A DNA stretch of 63,931 nt, counting the filler, from Folioceros fuciformis (taxonomy: Eukaryota), in assembly GCA_049999805.1 (NCBI GenBank). It is 20 parts of 20 records of this genome, joined end to end, with 100 filler letters (N's around TTAATTAATTAA, not from the genome) between each part and the next. Parts side by side here need not be neighbours in the genome. Positions count along the whole stretch, not along the records: positions 1 to 8,636 come from JBNGIO010005030.1; positions 8,737 to 14,827 come from JBNGIO010005031.1; 18 more parts are not named here. The stretch is one strand, 5' to 3'. A program made the translations under genes and the position numbers. This document shows positions 1 to 10,023 of the stretch, in pieces. A model generated the notes under the pieces. That model was not told the DNA's origin. It was given only the letters and a program-made list of their open reading frames with translations, and made no database searches. How positions within the stretch are numbered: position 1 is the stretch's first letter; the number at the start of each line of letters is the position of its first letter.

Positions 1-1170
1 ACAAGATACTTGCAAAATAGTAGAAAATATGCCAAGTTTATACCAACGCAAGGATAAGTAAAAGGGCATGTGTCACTATTGATCAACTTCAATTGCTCCA
101 ACTTCGAGTGAATACGGAATGGAAATAAGAGTGGTCTTCTAAGTGCTAGTAATACCTAGGATAATGTTCAAGTCCTAAGTTCAATACACCATAATCATGT
201 TAAGTTGTATGTACACATATATGCAATTGTATGTACACATATATGCAGGAAGAGATTCTCGAAAAAAATGTTTATCTACATGCTCGTGTTGTCCAAACTT
301 TAAACTCAAACAAACCCCCTTTCTTAATCTTTGGTCCCCATGTCAAAGAGTAAGTATTTATGCAGCATAGTGCATGTCCTTTTTCCATCTTGTTTTTCTA
401 AAATAAATAAAAATCTTCCTTAAATTGAAAACTTTCTAAATAGAATTATTTTCTTTTTTTGTGATCTTTCTTCTTTTGATGTTTCTTTTAAAAAATATAT
501 TCCTTATCTCCTTATCTCCATTTGGCCTATGCCATTATAGAAATAGGAATAGATGGGACCTCCTCTAGAGAGAGGGTGTGATGCACAACATTAGGTTACT
601 TGGAATATAAAATAGATGATGTGTACCATTGAGTTCGCTTGGAAGCCTATGAGCTGGTCCGTTTTCAACAGTCTATAATTAGACCACTTCTTCTTCTATT
701 GCCCACCCGTTTGCACCTTGGGAGATTGTACCTATTAATTAAAAAAAATATGACTTTAGAGCATGCAAATTGGCAGGCATGAACTTCCATTTGATGCTCC
801 TTCGAAATGTGAACTGAAGTGGATCACCTCATATTCCTCGTCACCCGATCTGGTCTACACCTAAAGATGGGTTCGTCCGATAGTTTTCATCGGGGGGTTC
901 GTCTGGCCGTAGATGGTTATAGCTGTAGCCCGGTCTCGTCATCTCCGTACTATTACTGTGACCGTCGTGGTCGTATGGGCTTCGTGGCATTAGTTGCGCA
1001 GTCACAGTGAACGCAGCTATCGGTCACGGCACACCGTTTTCCTCATCCGTACAAGGGGGGTATTCTGTTGCTGGCGTGATGCAAGCCACTAACTTTGAGA
1101 GGTGTGAAGGGGGGTTGTCAGCACGGGAACTGCGCTGCTAGATTGGTATGAAGAAAGGGTTCTCCATTCG

Positions 1171-2598
1171 ATGGCTGCGGGGAACACTGCTCCAGCGCAT
1201 GCTGCATCACTGGAAAATGGTGTCAAGCAGCTGGCGATCGGAATGCAAAGCGGCCAGGGCGAAGCGAGTTTCAGTAAGAATGCCGGGCAAGCACTTCACA
1301 TGCTCAACTGCGTGGAATCTGCGCTCTGGGACTCCTTTCAGACGCTGCCTCGACTCCCTGATGTGTCGCGTTCCACTGCTCTCCGAATTGCCGACCTAGG
1401 CTGCGCTATTGGCCAAAACACCCTCATCGCAGTGGACAGGACGATCTCCAACTTGACCGCGCTGTTCCAGGCCCGGTCGGAGCCTCTGCCGCAGCAGGTC
1501 CAGGCTTTCTTCAACGACTTGCCTTCAAATGACTTCAACACTTTGTTCCGCAGCTTTGCTCCGTACAATGACAGCGGAGATGCGAACGGAAGACGATATT
1601 TCGCAGCAGGCGCGCCTGGATCCTTCTATGGCCGCCTCTTCCCGTCCAAGAGCATCCACGCCTTCACCTGCTTCACGTCCTTGCACTGGATGTCCCGGGT
1701 ATTTGTACGTCTGTTGCATTCATGGCCAGCCCTGTGGGTAGAGTGAGTTGGCCCTTCAGCTGAGCACAGTTTTTGTCAACATTGTTTCCCTCCAGATTCC
1801 ACCAGAGATTGAAGATGAATGGTCTCCGGCTTACAATAGGGGACATATCTGGTATGAACCGTCCCTCAACACAGCTGTTCGGGAAGCGTATTCAAGGGAG
1901 CATGTGGGAGAACTGATATCATTCTTTAAAGCCCGGGCTGAAGAGCTTGTTTCGGGTTAGCTCCTTAGCTTGCAGAGTACCTCACCACGTTCTGCAAGAC
2001 TGCGCTTGCATTGGCATCGATGTGTGACAGCCGGTGGACGCAGGCGGCCTGCTGATCGCCACAATCATGGCATCACCCGACAAGTATGAAGATGGCCGAA
2101 CTCCTGCACATATTGTACTCTCGATGCATCAAGCCGTACGCGACCTTGTTGCGGAGGTATGGGAATTCTGAAACCTGGTCTGCAAATGTTTGAAATTATG
2201 GTGATCTGACTAGACAATTTTGTGGATAGGGGGTTGTGGACGAGCAATTGGCAGACAGGTTCAATCTGCCAGTTCTCATGCCACGTTTGGCAGAAGTAAG
2301 GACTGCTGTGGATTCCTGCCCCGGCTCGTTTGCTGTTCATGTGCTGCAGCTATCGGATGCTGTGAGTCGGTATCCGGATGATGTAATGGCGCAGGCACGT
2401 GACGATGGCAAGGTTTGCGCAAAGCTATGCAATAATCTCTGCAAGGCCGTGTGGTTTTCGTTGGTGGAAGCACATTTTGGGCTGGAGACAGCGGAGCTTC
2501 TGTTTGAACGCAACGCCGAGCTTCTGGCACGTGATCCCGTAAAGGTCATGGACTCACTCAGAGTGAACATCGTTCTGCTTGTCCTCGTGGCCAGATAA
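1171..2598 (+). CDS. SABATH family SAM-dependent carboxyl methyltransferase (Methyltransf_7), 4 exons
   Basis: Motifs IADLGC..G.NT, QAFFNDLPSNDFNTLF, GAPGSFYGRLFP, SLHWMS, YNRGHI, FFKARAEELVSGGLL, DRFNLP and LVEAHFG. GT-AG introns give exons 1171-1698, 1796-1955, 2044-2156 and 2230-2598 in one continuous frame. Confidence 0.95.
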
Positions 2599-2697
2599 AG
2601 TACTGTTGAAGGAAGACTTACCGGGATGCTATCATGGTACGTAAACAACTGATGAGCTTCGCGTTCTGAAATCCTGTTGACAAGCTGCTGTTGCGGG

Positions 2698-3439
2698 CTA
2701 GAAGGGATTCGGTAGTGCAGGAATCTCGAAGTGCCTTTTCCGCACCTGACTGCTCTGGCTGTTCATGTTTCCAGTTGTGCAGTATAGGGCAAAAGTTTCG
2801 CAATTGCGCTCTACAAGGTCGTACACCCCGAATGCGTTCCTCTCCAACATGTCCAGGGCCCTTGCAACGACTGTGGCTGGCTCATCCGCTGTGTCTGGAG
2901 TGCAAGTTCCTGCTACACCGCTTTTATGAAATGTTTGCTTGCAAGCGGCAGCGCTCTCCATGCTTGTCAGGCCACATACTGTAAGGTAGAAGAGACGGAG
3001 TTTTTTGACTTGGCGGTCACCTACCTCCTCTCTTGAAGAGGTACTCCTCTCTTGACGCGCCATACTTGTAGCGGTGAAGCGCAGAACCATTGAGGAAGCA
3101 GGAAAGGCAGTTGATTGTTACTCCGGCCCGCCTGTATTGAGGATTTGCCCGGCAATCTTCAGGGAGTGGGCAATTTACATGCGGCGTGTCGCTTTTAATC
3201 CCCCCAAGGAAATGAACTACCCAGTGTGCTCCATCGCGCATGCCCACGTATATGCCTGCCAGCACGTGATGTTTTAGAAGCCTGATTTGATTACGCAGAA
3301 TTGATCGTAACCATGTGCATCATCGACAAGTTTACGCAAGACCTTGGTGGGAGTAGATCATCAGGCTGCGGAAGGCGTATATATGATCCCCTGCGCGCAA
3401 ATCCCTTGACTCAATCTTGTGTGCAAAGAAGTCGAACAT
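2698..3439 (-). CDS. LRAT/NC-domain (H-box/NC, permuted NlpC/P60) protein, 3 exons
   Basis: Spliced exons 3439-3343, 3255-3025 and 2909-2698 read MFDFFAHKIESRDLRAGDHIYAFRSLMIYSHQGIYVG...VVHF...CLSCFL...RGGTCT...YDLVERNCETFALYCTTG. The His, His and NC-Cys residues are intact. Confidence 0.93.
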
Positions 3440-3743
3440 GGCCTTCATTGCTGCAGCGAATACCAAAAACTGCGCCATTCAACATTCTAAGTAGGGATGC
3501 CAGCGTCGCGATTTCTGAATGTAGAAAGAGTTCAATTTTCGAGGATCAGTTGCCGAGGAGCAGGAGTTTGACAGCAGACGGAAATCTGCAGACAGACCCA
3601 GTATGCAGGAAGGGTGTTGCCCCGAGTATATTATCTGCTGGCAAATGTCAAGCAACTTCCCATAATGCGACGACCTAAAATTTTGTTTCAGCTAATGGTT
3701 GTGGCTGGAGCGAAGGGCTCCAAGTTCTAATTGAAATTTGGAG

Positions 3744-5964
3744 ATGGAGCTCGAGGAGGAGCCCGCTGTGGAGGGTGACGTGAGACCAGCTGTTGTGACT
3801 GCCTCCAGTGCCGTTTTCCTGGCGATGCTCACCACCCTATTGAAGGATGTGCTCCAGACCAACCCTGCTTCGTCGGGATTGCCTCCCGCATTCTGTGCCT
3901 CCCTCTTGCAGGACGACGCTCCCCAGGTTTCCTGTGGCTTGCTAGAGGAGTCCTGTGGGTTCGGGGACGGCGTTAGTTATTGGGCTGACGGTGGGTGTCC
4001 AGACGTTGTGTTTGCCTCGGCTACGGATGCGGTGTTTGTCCAGAGGTCTGGCTTGATCTTGAATGTCTGCTCCTCGGAGTCGGCGACAGATGCTATTCAA
4101 GCTCATCTGGAGCTTGGTTAGCTGGCTTGCGCAGGTGATTCCGACGGACATGTGAAAGAAGGGGTGCCGATTTCCCCGTTTTACAGGCATCTGGCAGCGT
4201 CCTTGCAAGACTGGATATCGACTGGCTGTTTTCCTCGAAACATACCAGGCTTTAAGGGGCTGGCTGAAGATGTCTCTTGGAAGTTGAAGATAGATGGATG
4301 GAGTGAGACGGTTGAGGAGCTGGGGTCGACGTTGCTTGAGGTGTGGGCGTGGTGCAATTGGGCATATTCAGGACTTAAAAGAATCAGCGTTGTGTACGAG
4401 GTTGACAAGGAGGTGCGTGTGCGTGACAGAGTGTGCTCTTGACAGTTACTGCAGAAAGCAAAATATGAAGTGCATGTCCAAGAACCGTACTATTCTTTCC
4501 TCAAAGGTTTGTTTCTGGGCGACACACATTTCAATTGGAGCGCCACCGACGTTTGTCTGACGTTTTTGTGTGTGAGAAGATGGGAGGAAGACTGTGGAAG
4601 GGAGATGCGCTTCAGGGTTCTACACACGGTATGCTCTGTTGGTGATTCTTGGCCAGAATGACTTGTGTCATGAGGGTCCGGGGTGAGTCACTCTCTCTCT
4701 GGTGGTGATGTGATTGTCAGTATTCAAGCTGGGGACTACTTGTTGATGAACCAGTCTCTCCTGCTTGAAGTGAAAGCTGTGAGATCGTTTTCCACATTCC
4801 GTGACATGCTAACAAAGGAGAGTCTCGACCAAGTCCTTCCTGAAGTGTCATCTGTGGACGACGGTACTGTACGCCGCTGCTGATATTTTTCTCGTCATTT
4901 CCAGTTCTGCTTTACCCTTCCCATGGTTTTATTTACCAGGAGTCCAGGTATACCGAAGATTTTATTCTGAACAGCATGAGCTGAAGCATGGTGTTTTGGC
5001 TCTTCATGTGAAGAGGGCATGTGTGTCCAAACAGCCTAGCGAAGTCATGCAACTGCTATTATCGGTGAGGTTTCAACCTGCTGAGGCCAACTGCACTTGA
5101 GGATGGGGGCGTAGGGCAGGGCACCCTGGGTTCTGCTCCAGCTGACTATTGTCTGCTGCAGGAACTTCACGTTGAAGGCATCAGAGCACTGCTTGGACTG
5201 AGAGAGACTTCGGGAAGTCTCGTTGATTGTTTACCACCAGCAAGGTCTACACTAGTGTCATCGTTCCTATCTTTGTACCATGATAATGTAAGTTCAGCTC
5301 TTCTTTGAGGAGTCGACAATGAGGCCCTCCTGTCCCAAGTGTAGTCCGCCGTTTGCCTGACTGGGAAACCCCGTTTGCCACATCCACATACCGACCCAAG
5401 TTTAGGGCATCGTGTTCTTTTTGTCTTGAACTCGAAGTGATGGCATGTCACAGACAGCTTCCTTGCCCAAGGGTTGCAAAGCTGCGACGAATAGGCTGAC
5501 AGTGGGAGCCAGGGCTTTGGCAAAACATGCGCATCGGAGCAGCATCGGTTGGTGGGGTGTCTGCTCTGGAAAAGGTAACACAGGAACATGCAGGCAAGTG
5601 GAGTGGTCCGCCTCTGCTGAGTACCTTTTTTTGGTCGAGCTGAGATGCATCTTCGCACCGCAGAGACCACGAAGAACGAGCTCGCTCTCAAGGTTGTCTG
5701 CCAAATAATCAATCGTGCCACTTGGATCAACATTCATCATCTTCCTCCTGCTTTCCCTGCTTTTGAGATTCGAGTGGCAGAGGGATACGGTTCCCGCTGG
5801 TCCGCAGATGGGAAACAGGTTACCCATTGCAAGTCACAAAGCCGTATGCTTGCCGGGCAAGTGGTAAGTCTCTATTGACACGTTCTATTTTCGGTGGGTT
5901 CCAGTTTAGAGGATTCTTGGAGCCGCCAATGGATGAAGGTCACCAGAAGAAATGGAGAGGTTGA
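3744..5964 (+). CDS. RNA-binding ASCH-domain protein, multi-exon (plant conserved family)
   Basis: Exon segments PFYRHLAASL, HVQEPYYSFLK/DGRKTVEGRC (ASCH GxKxxExR motif), IQAGDYLLMN, VYRRFYSE..E...GVLALHV and a C-terminal GARALAKH..RSS.GWWG...EIRVAEGYGSRWSADG..FRGFLEP, stop TGA 5962-5964. The first exon boundary is uncertain. Confidence 0.85.
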
Positions 5965-6101
5965 TTGTCGACATCCATAGGTAGTCTATTATCCCTGTTC
6001 CCAGAAGCTCCCCCAGTACATTCACAGCACTGGATTGTCCATTCTAAGCAATTTTCCCTTGATACACATGTACAAATCTACAACTTCGGAGTACCCACAA
6101 C

Positions 6102-7010
6102 TCAGCTCCTCGCCTCCTCAAGCTGGAACTGCAGCTCAATGCACTTGTAGGCAGTGACCAATACAGCCCCTGGTGGCAAGGGCATGGTTTGCATCAAAGT
6201 TCCTCCTAGCCACAAGGCAATCGCGACAACAGCGAACGCAGTACCATGAGTTTTCTCACATAGCAGAGTTGCCAACGCCGCAGAAACAGCAACCAGCAGC
6301 CCCATCTCTCCGCCTATCAGCAAGCCCACACCGGAGGCTATCCGGTATCCAACTGCCACCTGCTTGCGGAGCGCCATCCCCGCCACAAGCAAAATGGAAG
6401 CCGCCTGTGCCCCGAAAGCATACCAAGCCACAACGACTGCCCATACCCCCGCCACCAGCACATGGCCTGAGTCAAAATTTTGCTTTCCGTCGCTGCTCCC
6501 GGAACTCCGGCGCCCGCTCCAAGTCTCCTGATGATGAAACTCTCCAGCCTCCTCCTCCCTGCCCTGTCCTCCTGCATCCGCATCATGGCTCCAAGCCGGA
6601 GCCTGGTACACCACCCTCCTGTATTGGCCGCGGTAGCCCCTCCTCACCCGTCCCTTCCGCGCCCGTTGCCTCCTATTTCCTTCCACCAGCTGATCGTCAT
6701 ACTCGCTCCTCTTAGCCTCGTCGCTGAGAATCTCGTATGCCAGCTTGATATGCTTGAACTTGTCCCCAGCTCCCACTTCCTTGCTCACGTCGGGATGGCA
6801 CTGGAGCGCCCGCTGCCTGAACGCGGTTTTGATGTCCTGGGGTGAAGCGGACGGCAACAGTCCCAGCACCCGGTAGTGATCCCCAGGCCTCCCGGAGAGA
6901 TCACAGCCTTCCTGCACTTCCCCTTGTGCTCTCGCCGGCCATCTCCCTCGTGCCATAATCCTATGGAATCCTGCACGGCCCAAGGCGGCCGCCATCAGCA
7001 GCCCCAGCAT
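6102..7010 (-). CDS. DnaJ (J-domain) protein with C-terminal hydrophobic/transmembrane helices, intronless
   Basis: 302-aa ORF with DHYRVLGL...IKTAFRQRALQCHPD...FKHIKLAYEILSD (HPD motif). The C-terminal third is hydrophobic and the N-terminus is Arg/Ala-rich and transit-like. Confidence 0.92.
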   Translation of the reverse strand: MLGLLMAAALGRAGFHRIMARGRWPARAQGEVQEGCDLSGRPGDHYRVLGLLPSASPQDIKTAFRQRALQCHPDVSKEVGAGDKFKHIKLAYEILSDEAKRSEYDDQLVEGNRRQRARKGRVRRGYRGQYRRVVYQAPAWSHDADAGGQGREEEAGEFHHQETWSGRRSSGSSDGKQNFDSGHVLVAGVWAVVVAWYAFGAQAASILLVAGMALRKQVAVGYRIASGVGLLIGGEMGLLVAVSAALATLLCEKTHGTAFAVVAIALWLGGTLMQTMPLPPGAVLVTAYKCIELQFQLEEARS

Positions 7011-7470
7011 TCAGCGCTCGGCACATCACTCACGGTTCCATCGTTCACGCTGCGAACAATTCATTGTTTACAACCAGAATCCTCCCTGTCCCCAACGTTT
7101 TACCTACCCAGTTAGATTTCGGAATGCTGCACTGCCGTGATACTTAAAGGTAGGCCATGGACTACGCATGAGCAAATTCAACCATTCCCTCACGTTTATA
7201 CAACTTTGCAATGTCTGTAATCTGTTTACAGCTCTACAGAAGTCTACATTCCAATGGATCTCCTGGACGGAGAGCGTCAGCGAACAATGAGGCTGACAAG
7301 AATCACGCATAGCCCGTAGCTATGGGCTAGTGAGGGGGAAGAGGAAGGAAGGAGGGGAAGAAGGGACAAGGCGACTGATCTGTCTGAGCCAGGGCCACAG
7401 CCAGGGCCAATGCTGACAATTATTCGCTGAGACGGTAAACCCGAGGGATGTGCGCCTAACTCTAAAATCC

Positions 7471-8588
7471 TTATATTCCTGGCGGCTGTAAATTCTTCAC
7501 TGCTTGTTCCAAGACCTGCTGGCTTGGCCCCAGTATCTCATGCACCTTCAGGCCGTTCCGGTAGAGTTTGAAGGTCGGGACAAAAGTGATGCTCTCTGAG
7601 ACTGCAATGGACATGTGATCGTCCACATCAACCTGCGCGTGCCAAACATGTTCCGCTGTCAGTGCCCTTGCCCGCAAGCGATCTCCTACAGCCTGGCCTG
7701 CTGCGTCTGAACTTACCTTGACGAAGTTGACTGCAGGATATGTTTTGCTGAGCTGGTCGAGAGTCATGGACAGTTGCCTGCAACGCTCATTCCGACGCTT
7801 GTTGAAATGCACCACTGCCAGCCCTGTTGGGCAGGACACGGCAGGTAGCACGTGTTAGGGAGCAAGCCACCACCAAGTGAGGAAGGGAGACAATAATGTT
7901 AACAACAAACCGGCACACTTCTCGAATTAGCACATGGGAGGCGTGGCACACCTGGAGAGGCGACAGCATCTCGCAACTGCTCACTGGTCAAAATTTCCAC
8001 CACTTGCCCTCCGAACTTCATCTTGTAAGTGTCTTCACCCCTGGATTTTTTCAGGGCAACCTGAACTTCGGACATTTGCCTGGCAACGTCCTCGTCAGCA
8101 GGCCATTTCTTGCAAAGGACTTCGAAATCCCTGCAAGAATCTTCCCAGCGCTCCAGCTGCAACCATGGCGTGGAAAACCATCATCAAATGAGACTCCTTG
8201 CACCCGAAAGCAAAACAGAGAACAAGGCATGCCCTGGTCTGCCAAAAGACGCACCTTCGCATAACAGTCCGCTCTTCTGAGGAGTGCCTTAGTATACTGC
8301 GGCTGAGCATCCAGAGCTGCATTGCAGTCCTCAACCGCTTTCTCCCAATGCCCTAGCTTCGATCTGCAAGCTGCACGGTTGCACAACAGCACAGCGTTTG
8401 CAGGATCTATACGCAGTCCTTCGGCATACGCCGACGAGGCCTCCGCGTATTTCCCAACTTTGAAGAGATCATTCCCATTAGTTCGAGCCCTTCCCACAGC
8501 CCGTGCTCTTTTCAAGAGCGCAAGAATCTCCAGATTGTATGGATCAAAGTGCGCTGCGTCTTCGGCAGCTTTTGTTGCATCCTCAAAC
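7471..8588 (-). CDS. TTL: TPR repeat-containing thioredoxin-like protein (TTL family), 3' part; 5' end lost at contig edge
   Basis: Exons 8588-8255, 8156-7952, 7823-7717 and 7632-7471. TPRs (GNDLFKVGKYAEA..AY.EGL..DP.NAVLLCNRAAC..KLG.WE.AVEDC), the linker VALKKSRGE...MKFGG and a C-terminal thioredoxin-like domain (VNFVKVDVD...VPTFKLY.NG). Confidence 0.93.
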
Positions 8589-8636
8589 CTGAAATTACGC
8601 AGCGGCATCAGATATGATGTCACCACAGATTCTCTT

Positions 8637-8736
8637 NNNNNNNNNNNNNNNNNNNNNNNNNNNNNNNNNNNNNNNNNNNNTTAATTAATTAANNNNNNNN
8701 NNNNNNNNNNNNNNNNNNNNNNNNNNNNNNNNNNNN
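8637..8736. other. Artificial contig linker N44-TTAATTAATTAA-N44 (first of 19)
   Basis: Identical 100-bp spacers with stops in all six frames start at 8637, 14828, 16783, 20401, 21652, 22852, 25783, 32033, 33626, 35358, 38422, 43012, 44186, 47537, 52716, 54825, 56691, 58475 and 62770. Confidence 0.99.
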
Positions 8737-8948
8737 CCATGGCCGAGGAACCATTTCAGTTGGAAGCTAATTCCGCTGAATAAGCGACTGTTTTCAGGCC
8801 AGGTTTCGGTTGCTGATCCCATTGCTTCTTACCTCCTCTCCATCTTTCCCACTACTCATACTCCTCCCCTGGAGGCTGGCTCAGCCACCAAGGGTGAATA
8901 GTTGCAGGGGGAGACTTAGCAGGCGGCCATCCAGCAAGGAAGAGGCGG

Positions 8949-9979
8949 TGTCCGCAGATCTTTAAAGATCAGACATCTTCCGAAGTCTCAGGATAGTCTA
9001 AGAGGTGGTAGATCCTTGTGGTGGTAGGGCCAGCTCATTGGTGGTAGGATGTGCTAGAAGTCTAAATAACTGGTTGGTGACAGTCAGCTAGGCTAGTGGT
9101 CTTATTAAAATAATATTTGTCAAGTTAGAGAGGTGAAGTCAGAGAGAGAAAGGCTCCTATAAGATCAGGTGAGCCTGTAGGAGGAGGTAGTCATTCACTT
9201 TGGGATTCAGTCTGTCACTTCGTGAGCTCTTGGAGGTACTCTCTTCATGAGCTCTTGTGGTCTGTCCCTGCTTGGTTTAGGACCTACAGTGTGTTGCCGG
9301 CTGTGCAACATCTGGTAGGATCGCAAGCCGCGTGTTGCCGATTGTACAATGTCTAGTAGGATCACAAGGTGTAATGACCAGGGTGAAGGGGCTTGTCCCT
9401 AGCTCTTGATTGTAAAGGATGTGTCTTTCTCTCGACTTGTCTACTCTTTTTCCCTGTTTGGACAAGTGCTATAGGCCGGCCATGTTTCATGGCGTCTGCT
9501 AAGGTTGTGGGGAGGAGATATCCGAGAGGGGAGTGTGTTCCCTTCTTTCTTTTCTTTGGGGTTGGTCTAGTGACTCTTGCCGGGTAGGAGGAGTCAGTAG
9601 GGAAGTGTAGAAGGTAGTGGTGTCGTTGTTAGTTGCTGGTGCTGGTGCTGGTGCTGGAGTGAGAGAGTGAGTGAAGTGAGTGAGGGAAGTCGCAGATTTG
9701 AGAGGTTAGGGTCGTTGTAGTGACTGGAGTGAGTTTGTGGGCACCGAGAGGTGCAGCTGACCGATTAATAGTGAGGCCTGTCCTACGCCTGATCGGAGCT
9801 GGAGGGGAGCCCTCGATTCCATCATCAAGTCGATTGAGTCCGACCCTCCTTCCACAACAGCAAGGAACCCCATCACTCCTTCGTGGGAACGGAACCCAAT
9901 GTCTCAACGACAGTGGGATGAGTGTGGCCACTAAAGGTGGAACTCGTCGGCAATTAGTGCCCGGGGTTTTGCCTCCACA
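8949..9979 (+). mobile_element. LTR of the Ty3/gypsy family seen at the window end (3' or solo LTR); 5' boundary tentative
   Basis: 9837-9979 aligns without gaps to 62871-63013 and both end ...TTTTGCCTCCACA. No PBS follows here. A purine-rich tract followed by TG at 8949 is the candidate start. Confidence 0.65.
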
Positions 9980-10023
9980 GCAGACAATTTGGGGAATACA
10001 TGTACCCCAAGAGACTCCTTAAG

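Noticed and set aside
205-247. Direct repeat TTGTATGTACACATATATGCA x2
   Set aside because: Short local duplication in AT-rich intergenic DNA with no further structure.
7717-7823. Thioredoxin domain lacking CxxC (only ERCRQL)
   Set aside because: A degenerate active site is a known property of the TTL family, not a novelty.
1171-8588. Possible biosynthetic gene cluster around the SABATH methyltransferase
   Set aside because: The neighbours (NC protein, ASCH, DnaJ, TTL) are not pathway enzymes; proximity reflects genome compaction.
8681-8692. Regularly recurring TTAATTAATTAA separated by unique sequence, superficially array-like
   Set aside because: Always centred in 88 Ns; an artificial assembly linker, not a CRISPR or biological repeat.
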